A stretch of 32,000 nucleotides of DNA from Candidatus Brocadia sp. (lineage in GTDB: Bacteria; Planctomycetota; Brocadiia; Brocadiales; Brocadiaceae), in contig CP091279.1 of assembly GCA_021650915.1 (NCBI GenBank), positions 1,770,001 to 1,802,000 of the forward strand, given 5' to 3'. Each line of letters starts with the position of its first letter. Within the stretch, counting starts at the first letter, position 1. The notes beneath the pieces are model-generated. The model was not told the origin of the DNA. It was given only the letters and a program-made list of their open reading frames with translations, and ran no database searches. Both the position numbers and the translations under genes were made by a program. Below, in pieces: positions 7,310 to 15,446 of this stretch.

Positions 7310-7924
7310 TTATTTTTTGATGTTTGATCTCATGACAACAACCTGTTCTTCCCCATACCAATCAAGCTTCACGCGGTCCGATTCGATCGTTTTTACCTTA
7401 TATTCCGCAACTTCTTCACCTTCCCCAACGAAGATAAACGGTTTTTTGTTTGATGTCTGATCCGGATTTTCAATAAGAGCCTTTTTGGTAGTTCCAAGAA
7501 TCAGGATTCCCCGCAAGGTAATTTTTGCCGGTGTTCCCCTGGCCTTGGGCTGAATTTCCGCCGGCGACACGACTTCTTCTTCACGCTGTTTTATCTCTCT
7601 CTTTACCTCCAGAGGAGCCCAACCGGTACGATTTGGAGAAAACGGGTTGTTTGACACGATCAGTTCATAAGTATCTATGGGTTGGGTCTCCGTCTTAATG
7701 GAGGGCAACAAGGTATGCTTTACCGACAGGTTCTCTTCTTCCTTTTCCGGTTTCATCGTAATGACCGGCGGGTAATACACGAGCAACACGCAAATAATTG
7801 CAAGACATACAACCGTTAATAATAAAAAAAGATTTATGATCGGCAGATAATGCTTCCATTGCTTTAGCTTTTTAACGAAGGGTTCAATTGCGACCCACAG
7901 TAATTTTATTTTAAAAGACATCAT
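7310..7924 (-). CDS. GspC/PilP-like inner-membrane-anchored secretin-interacting protein
   Basis: 204 aa with one N-terminal TM (LPIINLFLLLTVVCLAIICVLLV). It has an NPFSPNR motif and a C-terminal beta-rich segment (ITLRGILILGTTKKALIENP...FVGEGEEVAEYKVKTIESDRVKL) resembling the HR/PilP domain. The assignment rests on pattern and operon position only. Confidence 0.55.
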   Translation of the reverse strand: MMSFKIKLLWVAIEPFVKKLKQWKHYLPIINLFLLLTVVCLAIICVLLVYYPPVITMKPEKEEENLSVKHTLLPSIKTETQPIDTYELIVSNNPFSPNRTGWAPLEVKREIKQREEEVVSPAEIQPKARGTPAKITLRGILILGTTKKALIENPDQTSNKKPFIFVGEGEEVAEYKVKTIESDRVKLDWYGEEQVVVMRSNIKK

Positions 7925-7928
7925 ACCT

Positions 7929-8531
7929 TCACGACTTCTTTTCTATTGAGGCAATAGCCTTTAATGTAGAAGAAATAGTAACACCTTTTGCAATATTTAA
8001 CCCTAACGTTTTTATTTTAAGATTATCGAGAAAAAGCAGCTTCTCATCGTTGTACTCAATATCATATAAAAATTTCTGTAATTTTTGAGAATTATCCAGA
8101 TTACTTATTTCAAAATTGATCGATAACTCAATGAGATATGGCTTTTTATTCAGGATCTCCTTCTTTAGCGCCGTACTGCTTGCTACCACCAGCCCATTTT
8201 TTGTCGCCAGATTGTTTATGATCTCCTGTAATTTTGCAGAAGCGAGTTCTTCCGTTTCCTCAGACAGGAATTTTCCCTGATACTCAGCATAATATTGTTC
8301 AAGATCGACCAATTGGGTCTCATATTGCTTTTTGTTAGCTACAAATGAATAGTATTTTTTCAGCAACTGTCTCTGTGTTTCAAGCCGCTCTTTTGTTTCA
8401 TTGATTGATTTAAAAAAAGGACCTATCGCAATCTTATCAATCCCGATATACGCCAGGACAATGATGGCCGCAATCAAGAGCACCCGCTCTCTCAATTTGA
8501 ATTTATAAAAAAGCTCTGAAAGTCTTCTCAT
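7929..8531 (-). CDS. GspM/PilO-like bitopic assembly-platform protein
   Basis: 200 aa. It has an N-terminal TM (VLLIAAIIVLAYIGI), then a long coiled-coil and a small C-terminal alpha/beta region. It sits between the GspL-like and GspC-like genes. Confidence 0.5.
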   Translation of the reverse strand: MRRLSELFYKFKLRERVLLIAAIIVLAYIGIDKIAIGPFFKSINETKERLETQRQLLKKYYSFVANKKQYETQLVDLEQYYAEYQGKFLSEETEELASAKLQEIINNLATKNGLVVASSTALKKEILNKKPYLIELSINFEISNLDNSQKLQKFLYDIEYNDEKLLFLDNLKIKTLGLNIAKGVTISSTLKAIASIEKKS

Positions 8532-8534
8532 GGC

Positions 8535-9800
8535 TTATTCCTTTTTAATATTTCCTTTTATCCGAAATTTTTCCCTGCCACTTTGTGTCTTTGTTACCGG
8601 AGAAGCCAATCCAACCCCAGAAAAAAGAGGTGAGTTTTCCAGGATTGGTATCAAATTCGTCGATGACACCGCGTCGCCTTCTACTTCAAAAGTATCGTCT
8701 ACAATGGTAACAGCCTTTGCCCAGGCATTACCCGGGAGGTCTTTTGCCAATTCCAGAATGACATCAATCCTTGGGATGTAGGTTCCTTTGACTTCAAGAA
8801 TATTACTCACGGCTTTATCCAGGACTGCAATACGCTCCTGGAGCTTCTCAACAACGGAAACATCTCTCTTAATCGCTCTAATCTGAGCATTTACCGTTTC
8901 CAACATCGCCAGATTATTCACCTTTCGTATGTAGGGAATCAGGAATGCAAAGCATATCAGGAATCCCATGAAAACAAACATTAAAACGGTTTGTGGATTG
9001 AGTCTCTTTCTTGCGGAGCTGATGAGGCTCAGATTACACGGATATTCCGACAAACCGTACTGCGCTGCACCATACGACTCTAGATATTCATCCAATAACT
9101 GTGTGGGAATTTTACTCTCCTGTGGCACAATATCCTTACTGACATTTTCCAACAATATTTCTTCCGGCAGGACCGTTTGAATCTGGTGGGCTAATTCCGT
9201 CTCTGTCTTTACCAAAGACGAAAGCACCAAACAATTATTTTCATACAGATTGTAACTATAACTTCTTGCAGTTTTACTCACTAAGACAATGAAACCCATT
9301 TTTTCTTCGATGATTGGAAGAAAGGCAAAAGGAGTAATAATAACCCGGGTAGGAGTAATGCCAAGAGCCTGCAATCGTGACAATACATTATCTAATTCCT
9401 CCTTTTTCATAGCAATAATGAGCACCTTTGCGTTTTGCCTGCTATGAGATAATGAATGAATATCAAAATAAACATCTTCATTACGAAAAGGGATAAAACT
9501 ATCCAGTTGATAGGCGAGTGCATCCCGTAATTCCTTTAAATTCGCATGAGGATATTCTATCTCCCTAACAATGGAAAACTCTCTTGGCAAGGAAAGAATA
9601 ATATCTCCCGTAAAATTCTCTTTCGGCAAGAATGCATGCTTTAATTGCAAGGCATCCTTGAACATAAAATCTTTAACTTTGACCGTCTCGTGTGAACAGG
9701 CAATTAACTTTTTCCATATGGTCGTTATAATAAGATCGTTTCCACAAAGGGATATGCCCATGGCTCTCTGTGAAAACATATTGACAAAAGGTATTTTCAT
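8535..9800 (-). CDS. GspL-like (PilM-PilN fusion architecture) assembly-platform protein
   Basis: 421 aa. The cytoplasmic N-terminal about 270 aa have a PilM/GspL actin-like beginning (AMGISLCGNDLIITTIW). There is a single TM (VLMFVFMGFLICFAFLIPYI) and a periplasmic C-terminal about 125 aa. Confidence 0.55.
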   Translation of the reverse strand: MKIPFVNMFSQRAMGISLCGNDLIITTIWKKLIACSHETVKVKDFMFKDALQLKHAFLPKENFTGDIILSLPREFSIVREIEYPHANLKELRDALAYQLDSFIPFRNEDVYFDIHSLSHSRQNAKVLIIAMKKEELDNVLSRLQALGITPTRVIITPFAFLPIIEEKMGFIVLVSKTARSYSYNLYENNCLVLSSLVKTETELAHQIQTVLPEEILLENVSKDIVPQESKIPTQLLDEYLESYGAAQYGLSEYPCNLSLISSARKRLNPQTVLMFVFMGFLICFAFLIPYIRKVNNLAMLETVNAQIRAIKRDVSVVEKLQERIAVLDKAVSNILEVKGTYIPRIDVILELAKDLPGNAWAKAVTIVDDTFEVEGDAVSSTNLIPILENSPLFSGVGLASPVTKTQSGREKFRIKGNIKKE

Positions 9801-9812
9801 ACGTCTAACATC

Positions 9813-10886
9813 CTATTCCGGATACACGGCAAGAATTTTACAATTTCCCACACTTTTTAGGACAAGCAATTTATATCCGCTTTTTATCTTTCCCGAAGAT
9901 GCAATTGAATGGATCGTGATGTAATCTGAGGTATCCAACGTTACATACTTTATCATCTCTTCATACTCCTTGCCAATAACGCCAACATGTTTGAATATTG
10001 CCTTCAGGATGCTAAGGTTTTTAATTTTTCCCCGTTTTTTTCTCACCCGGATTATGGATTCTGCAATTTCTTTCGTCATCTCAGGCACAAAGAGGAGGAC
10101 TTCCTTCGATGCAAAATTCACGTTGATCTTCCCTGACCCGTAAATTGTCAGCCGATCCCGTATCAAATCAAATATTGGCGGTGTGATCCCTTTCACTAGA
10201 GTTAGTTCTTCAAGGGACTCAAAGGGTCCATTCTGTGGTTCATAGGGATCGGGTAACGTGGCATAAAAATCTTTTTCTGCACCATTGATGTGATGCAAAT
10301 CATCCTCGTCCAACCAATCCAGTATCGAATCCGTTATGGTTTCTGCAACGAGTTCTTCTAACTTGAATGAAGTGAGAAACTTGATAAAATTTGTTCTCAT
10401 ATCATCGGTTAACTTGTTTACATTTATTTTCCCACTTTCATCACTGATCAATACTTCACAGTCTCTCTCTCCTATTCGGATTGAATAGGGATTGTTACTT
10501 GGTATCCACACACTGCTCTTCTTATCGTATCTCCGGGTATCTCCGCCTCTTTCAGCATCTCTTTTCTTTTTCAGCTCTGAACTTTTCCTGGATTTTACAT
10601 CTTCCTGTTGGTTCTTCGGTTGCACCAGCTTCCGCGTCGCGTATAAACAGGCGCCACGCGCTGCATAGATATTTTTTACACGTTCCGTAAAGGTAATCTC
10701 TGTTTTAATAGCAACACTGGTATTTCGGGTGAAGCTCACCGCTATAAACCCCAACACCACAATCGCCCACAGGCTAAAGATTAATACATAGCCATGATTG
10801 GCAATACAAGCTCTTGTTCCTTTCCGCGTTTTGACACGAACAGTTTTATTGCCAGAGGGGCTTTCTTCTTCATTTCTTCTTTCCAT
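9813..10886 (-). CDS. gspK: Type II secretion minor pseudopilin GspK
   Basis: 357 aa. It has a hydrophobic prepilin-like N-terminus without Glu5 (HGYVLIFSLWAIVVLGFIAV). It also has two GKINVN motifs followed by helix-hairpin-helix-like segments (GKINVNFASKEVLLFVPEMTKEIAESII), characteristic of the T2SSK family. Confidence 0.8.
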   Translation of the reverse strand: MERRNEEESPSGNKTVRVKTRKGTRACIANHGYVLIFSLWAIVVLGFIAVSFTRNTSVAIKTEITFTERVKNIYAARGACLYATRKLVQPKNQQEDVKSRKSSELKKKRDAERGGDTRRYDKKSSVWIPSNNPYSIRIGERDCEVLISDESGKINVNKLTDDMRTNFIKFLTSFKLEELVAETITDSILDWLDEDDLHHINGAEKDFYATLPDPYEPQNGPFESLEELTLVKGITPPIFDLIRDRLTIYGSGKINVNFASKEVLLFVPEMTKEIAESIIRVRKKRGKIKNLSILKAIFKHVGVIGKEYEEMIKYVTLDTSDYITIHSIASSGKIKSGYKLLVLKSVGNCKILAVYPE

Positions 10887-11566
10887 TGCAAACCGGCACC
10901 TTCTATAACACCAGCATTCTGGAAGTTCCCATGAACGGCGTCTGATGTATCATCAGGTTTTTCATTTTCTCTTTCACGGCCTTCTGCCGCTTCATCATCG
11001 AGCTCAGCGTCTGCATCGTCAAGATAAGCAAACAAAATCTTATCACAATCTTTAAGAAACACGGTAGCGTCTTTGCCCGCCCGTAACAAACTGTTGGATT
11101 CTTCGGATGTGGTGCGTAATATCGCAGGGTTAACGTTACGTTCTGAATACGTCAGGTCCCACAGGCCTTTATCATTTATCGCAATCTTATAACTGGCAAT
11201 AATCAATCCCTGACCATAGTGCTTTGTCAGGGAAAGGGGAGATACAAAGGTAAGAAAATCCCTTTCCCCTGTAAAATAGACGGTCTTCGTTTTTTCCCGA
11301 CTTTTGTCTTCTTCATCCTTTTTACTATTTTTCTTGTGTACTTCCTGAATACGCAGGGAAGAGGCCTGTTGCCAGAAGAAATCATAAACGGCTTTTTCCC
11401 TTGCTGATTCGTTAAACCAGGCTTCATCCCTTTCCATAGAAAACAAACCAGCCCGTATTGCATAAGCGCCGGCCATGATCAACAGGGTGCCAATGAAAAG
11501 GGCTATCAGTAGTTCAAATAAGGTAAAGCCTTCCTCTTGTTTCACGTGTTTCCGGTTGTGATGCAA
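10781..11566 (-). CDS. Minor pseudopilin with prepilin N-terminal methylation motif (GspJ-like)
   Basis: Contains the EEG/FTLFELLIALFIGTLLIMAG prepilin cleavage/methylation motif. The track ORF extends to a TTG at 11662, which would give a 52-aa leader. In-frame TTG (11566) or GTG (11545, leader MKQEEG) give normal leader lengths, so the start is uncertain. The 3' end overlaps gspK by 106 nt. Confidence 0.7.
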   Translation of the reverse strand: MHHNRKHVKQEEGFTLFELLIALFIGTLLIMAGAYAIRAGLFSMERDEAWFNESAREKAVYDFFWQQASSLRIQEVHKKNSKKDEEDKSREKTKTVYFTGERDFLTFVSPLSLTKHYGQGLIIASYKIAINDKGLWDLTYSERNVNPAILRTTSEESNSLLRAGKDATVFLKDCDKILFAYLDDADAELDDEAAEGRERENEKPDDTSDAVHGNFQNAGVIEGAGLQWKEEMKKKAPLAIKLFVSKRGKEQELVLPIMAMY

Positions 11567-11570
11567 GTAG

Positions 11571-12068
11571 TTAGTCTGCCGACGGCTCTTCTTCTTCACG
11601 GTCTTCACTTTCGAGTGTTTCAGAAACGGAATCAGACTCTTTAGAGAAGAAAACGGTTTCAATACATATTTCTCCCACCAGGGTGCTTAACAACGTGGTT
11701 CCTTTGGGTGGAATCTCCTGAAAATTTTTATCCGTAACCTTTTTATAAAAATCAATTGGATCCATTGCCTCTTCATATTTATCCACCTCTGTTATCTTCC
11801 ATTGCAGGCCACTCTTCGTTACGCCTTCAAACGTTTTTTCTTTCTCTCCTTTTTCCTCCTTTTTCCCCAACATCTCTAAGAAAGCCTCTTCCGTTTTTGT
11901 CCTGGCAAAAAGCACCAGTTCCGCATGTCTGTCAATTTTTTCTCTTAATCGTGATGAATTACCAATCAGACTAAAGAATATCCCGATAGAAACCCCTACA
12001 ATAGCCAGAGCAACCATAACCTCCAGGATGGTGAAGCCATTATCATCCTCGCCTCTAGTAGTTCCCAA
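11571..12068 (-). CDS. Minor pseudopilin with prepilin N-terminal methylation motif (GspI-like)
   Basis: 165 aa. It has a TTG start preceded by AGGAGG 9 nt upstream. The leader MGTTRGEDDN-G/FTILEVMVALAIVGVSIG carries the classic GFTxxE motif. The C-terminal tail is acidic (ESEDREEEEPSAD). Confidence 0.75.
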   Translation of the reverse strand: MGTTRGEDDNGFTILEVMVALAIVGVSIGIFFSLIGNSSRLREKIDRHAELVLFARTKTEEAFLEMLGKKEEKGEKEKTFEGVTKSGLQWKITEVDKYEEAMDPIDFYKKVTDKNFQEIPPKGTTLLSTLVGEICIETVFFSKESDSVSETLESEDREEEEPSAD

Positions 12069-14088
12069 CGTCGTATGCCTCCTGGGTTATGAGCGGTTCA
12101 ATCTCTTTTAATTTCTGCTGGAAGGCATTGGTTAACACATCTGCCTCCTCTGCATCATTTGCAATATAAGGAGTTATAAGCATCAGTAGTTCGCGTCTTA
12201 CATTACTAATTGATGTAGATTTAAAGAGATTCCCAACATAGGGAATATCTCCCAAAAGCGGCACTTTACTAATGCTTTTTTCATCTCTTTGCTGGATAAT
12301 ACCTCCCAGACTTATGGTATGCCCGCTCTTTACGACAAGGGAGGTTTCTGCCTGGCGCGTCGTGAAGGTTGGTGAATCATTCACGCCTGTTTCAGTTTCA
12401 GAGGCATTACTTACCTCCTGTTTAATATCCATGGTAATATAATCATTTTCAGCAATGTGGGGTGTAACCGTGAGTATGATACCGGTATCCCGGTATTGTA
12501 TCTGTTCAAACGTAACCGTCGTACCCTGCTGTTGACCAGCGGAAGTTTTAATTGGCACCTCTTCACCAACCTGAATATGCGCCGGCTGTTCATCCCGCAC
12601 AAGGATGTGCGGCGCCGACAATATCTTAACGTTTGAATTTTTGGCAAGGATATCCATGAGAAGAGCAAAGTTACCCTTTTGAAAGAGCAACGTAGGTTTA
12701 CCAGCTTCTCTAGTGACTTCATTTTCTGATTCGAACAATTGAAATAATTTCAGACTTCCTGCATCTAACACCCATTCCGATTTATATTCCAGACTGTCAT
12801 CAAGATCTATTTCTAAGATAAGCGCCTGTAAAAATACCTGTTGTGGTGTAGCATCTACAGCCTCTATGATCATTTTTATTGCCCGATAATCCGTAGGCAA
12901 TGCCTTTACAACAATGGTATTGGTTTTCGGATCAGCGACAATTTTCATTGCCTCAGGCTGATTCTTTCCGGTCACCTTCGGCTGTGCCGCCATTTTTTCG
13001 CTATAAATTTGCGTGAGGACTGGCACAATCGTTTCAGCTTTTTGGTGCTGCACTTTATATACATATATCTTGGTATCCTCTTCCAGCGCAGCGGGAGGAA
13101 CATCGATGTTTTTTATCCAAAGGTCGATTTTTGGCAAAAGTTCCGGCATTCTCGTAACAACCAACAGTTTATTTGAGTCAGAGAACGGCACGAAACTTAA
13201 TTCTCCTTCAGCCCCGGCTTTTGCACCCAGCGATTGCGCCAGAGTAGTGAGATCTTTCGCCACATTTTTCCCGTCAACGTACTTGAAATCATAAAATTTC
13301 ATGGCCTTGCCGGCAAAAAAAGGCATGTCAAAGGTTTTTATCAAGGTGAGGAGCTTTTCCATGTTCGATGCAGCCTCGACAAGTACGATAAAGGGAGAAT
13401 CACCATGAGTAACAACATTTCCCACACTCGTCATAAATGGCCTTAATGTTGCATTTAAATTTTTCGGAATTTCATACTGGAGGGGTACAATTTGGACAAT
13501 AATACTCTTATCATACGGGGGGATTTTATCACCATAAACGATAATATTGGTCTCGGGGCGGGTTTCCGCCTTGGGCAATATCCTGTATAAATCTCCATCT
13601 TTCATGATCGCAAAATCATAGACATACAGCAAGGTATTCAGCATGGCAATAAGTTCTTCTTTGTGGATCTGGCCGGTGGCATGGAGATTGATATTTCCCG
13701 CCACTCTTTTGTCCAAAATGTAATTCACATTCAGTATTTCACCCAAGATAATCTGTAAAACATCTTTTAATTCCGCATTGTCAAAATTAAAGGCAATATC
13801 GATTTTCTCTCCCGTATACTCCGGTCTACGGAGGGAAGGTTCGGGTCTGGTCGTCTCCTGTTTATAGATAAATTCATCCGAGATTCCTTCCCGCTTCTCT
13901 CCTGAAACCGCTTCTTTTGGTGATATCTCAAATTCCCACGGTTTTTTTTCTGCTGCCTTTTCAGCGGTAGAAGAAAGGGTAACCGGCACTTTAAACGGCG
14001 TAAAATCGGATTGCTTTATTTGCGTTTCTTTGCATCCACTGGAAGACAACAGAATAATTACCCCCGCGAGGAACATGCATTTGTTCAT
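12055..14088 (-). CDS. gspD: Secretin (GspD/PilQ family), probable lipoprotein
   Basis: The C-terminal secretin domain reads LSAPHILVRDEQPAHIQVGEEVP...VPLLGDIPYVGNLFKSTS...RRELLMLITPYI, and the N0-like domain reads IDIAFNFDNAELKDVLQIILGEILNVNYIL. The preferred start is the ATG at 14088, preceded by GGAGAG with a 6-nt spacer. It gives MNKCMFLAGVIILLSSSGC with a lipobox-like SSGC. The track ORF extends to 14178. Confidence 0.9.
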   Translation of the reverse strand: MNKCMFLAGVIILLSSSGCKETQIKQSDFTPFKVPVTLSSTAEKAAEKKPWEFEISPKEAVSGEKREGISDEFIYKQETTRPEPSLRRPEYTGEKIDIAFNFDNAELKDVLQIILGEILNVNYILDKRVAGNINLHATGQIHKEELIAMLNTLLYVYDFAIMKDGDLYRILPKAETRPETNIIVYGDKIPPYDKSIIVQIVPLQYEIPKNLNATLRPFMTSVGNVVTHGDSPFIVLVEAASNMEKLLTLIKTFDMPFFAGKAMKFYDFKYVDGKNVAKDLTTLAQSLGAKAGAEGELSFVPFSDSNKLLVVTRMPELLPKIDLWIKNIDVPPAALEEDTKIYVYKVQHQKAETIVPVLTQIYSEKMAAQPKVTGKNQPEAMKIVADPKTNTIVVKALPTDYRAIKMIIEAVDATPQQVFLQALILEIDLDDSLEYKSEWVLDAGSLKLFQLFESENEVTREAGKPTLLFQKGNFALLMDILAKNSNVKILSAPHILVRDEQPAHIQVGEEVPIKTSAGQQQGTTVTFEQIQYRDTGIILTVTPHIAENDYITMDIKQEVSNASETETGVNDSPTFTTRQAETSLVVKSGHTISLGGIIQQRDEKSISKVPLLGDIPYVGNLFKSTSISNVRRELLMLITPYIANDAEEADVLTNAFQQKLKEIEPLITQEAYDVGNY

Positions 14089-14238
14089 CAACAACTCTCC
14101 TATGAATGGGTAAATCTTACCTTCGTCCATATTGCCTATATTGTGTGTGTGCTGTATATTACCAAGGAAGTGAGCCACATGAGTCTCTAATTATGCACTA
14201 CGATTGCTCTTAATTACTGCGGGTGGGAAAATACAGAG

Positions 14239-14327
14239 TGGTGCGGAAGGGGGGACTTGAACCCCCACGTCGTTTTATTGACACTAGCCCCTCAAACTAG
14301 CGCGTCTGCCGATTCCGCCACTTCCGC
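14239..14327 (-). tRNA. tRNA-Leu (anticodon GAG), CCA encoded
   Basis: Hand fold of the minus strand: GCGGAAG acceptor stem pairs with CTTCCGC. Anticodon arm is CTAGT-TTGAGGG-GCTAG (anticodon GAG, G37). There is a long (about 17 nt) variable arm, the T arm is GGGGG-TTCAAGT-CCCCC, and the 3' end is ACCA. Confidence 0.9.
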
Positions 14328-14373
14328 TCTTTATTGAATTGATCCTATCTGATTTAAGCAAAGACACTTGCTA

Positions 14374-14401
14374 ATTCTAACATCACGACAGAAAAAGTCA
14401 A
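14374..14401 (-). promoter_or_regulatory. Putative sigma70-type promoter upstream of tRNA-Leu
   Basis: The minus strand reads TTGACT-N16-TAGAAT with an extended -10 (TGTTAGAAT), about 45-50 nt upstream of the tRNA 5' end. This is a sequence match only. Confidence 0.5.
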
Positions 14402-14519
14402 AATAATTTTCATTCCTTTTCCGGAATGCATCATTGATAATACATGAGCCGAAAAATTAGCCCATACGATAACAAACGGTTCAGTGAATCCCGGGAATCT
14501 GAATCCTCCAAACAGGCTT

Positions 14520-15446
14520 TTACGGTACTTCGGCCATATCATTAACCTTTGTCCATCGCTTGCCCGATGGTTTTTTCCAGCGGACATCAACATATTCCAT
14601 TAATCTGAGATTCGTGCCTTCTGCTTTTGCAATACTTAAGAGGTTTTGTAACTTCTCCTCATCGGAGAGTTCATTCTGCTCATTGCATAAAGAAGAACAT
14701 CCCCAGCGTATCTGGGTATTGTTTTCGGTCCATAAAACGATATCACTCTTACTGGTAGAACGCCTCTTGCATACGTTGGATACATCGACAGAGACAATCT
14801 TAAAAAGGTTATGAATATTATTTGCCCTGAGGAATTTCACCAGGGCGATTCCTGCCTTAATGCCTTTATCGTCCCATTCACTCCCGTATAAAGGCAGTCG
14901 CGTAAGCTTATTACTCTGTATGTACAGGCTATCATATGCAGTATCTTTTAGTGTGTAATATTCCTTTGGCAACAAGACGCCGTCTTCATCAACAAGATAG
15001 CTATTGCTTCTGCTTTTAATACAAGCGAACGGTTTACGCAGCAGGAGTTTAATAGCCAGTTTATTCGGGAACACCCTTTTGACCGAATCCACATCCTTTA
15101 CTAAGACAACCCCCCCATAAATATCTGCTATTTTTTGGGTTAAATTATTTTCATACATGCCATAGTAATCGTTCAAGGCGGCTACCCGTTTTATGCTGTC
15201 CGTGAAATGATCATTCATCCAGGAGGGCGTTTGGAAAGAAAAAGCAGCGGGACTCACTTTAAAAACATTCAATTCTGTCAGGGAATACCACACCCTTTGC
15301 ATCCCCCATATTATAAAAATTAGTATACAGGAAAATACGACAAGGCGAAAAAAAAGAGGATAAAGCATCCTTCTCAATGCGTGCATTTTATCTGAAAAAG
15401 TATTCACGAACACTGAAAGAATGGGGAAATGTATCATGAAAGGCAT
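14520..15446 (-). CDS. ftsQ: Cell division protein FtsQ/DivIB (POTRA domain)
   Basis: 308 aa with a single TM (FFRLVVFSCILIFIIWGM) and a POTRA-like segment (VKDVDSVKRVFPNKLAIKLLLRKPFACIK...YLVDEDGVLL). It lies directly after ddl. The start may be the internal Met at 15386. Confidence 0.75.
   Translation of the reverse strand: MPFMIHFPILSVFVNTFSDKMHALRRMLYPLFFRLVVFSCILIFIIWGMQRVWYSLTELNVFKVSPAAFSFQTPSWMNDHFTDSIKRVAALNDYYGMYENNLTQKIADIYGGVVLVKDVDSVKRVFPNKLAIKLLLRKPFACIKSRSNSYLVDEDGVLLPKEYYTLKDTAYDSLYIQSNKLTRLPLYGSEWDDKGIKAGIALVKFLRANNIHNLFKIVSVDVSNVCKRRSTSKSDIVLWTENNTQIRWGCSSLCNEQNELSDEEKLQNLLSIAKAEGTNLRLMEYVDVRWKKPSGKRWTKVNDMAEVP

Noticed and set aside
11227-11463. 78-aa minus-strand ORF and 62-aa plus-strand ORF (11219-11407) inside the GspJ-like gene
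   Set aside because: They are alternative frames of a gene already supported by a prepilin motif. They are basic and low-complexity with no start signals.
14142-14151. (TG)5 microsatellite upstream of the preferred secretin start, considered as a phase-variation tract
   Set aside because: Five dinucleotide units is too short to argue for slipped-strand switching. Its position relative to any promoter is also undefined.
14354-14593. 79-aa minus-strand ORF between ftsQ and tRNA-Leu
   Set aside because: It overlaps the ftsQ 3' end out of frame and runs through the good TTGACT-N16-TAGAAT tRNA promoter. It has no RBS or recognisable domain.
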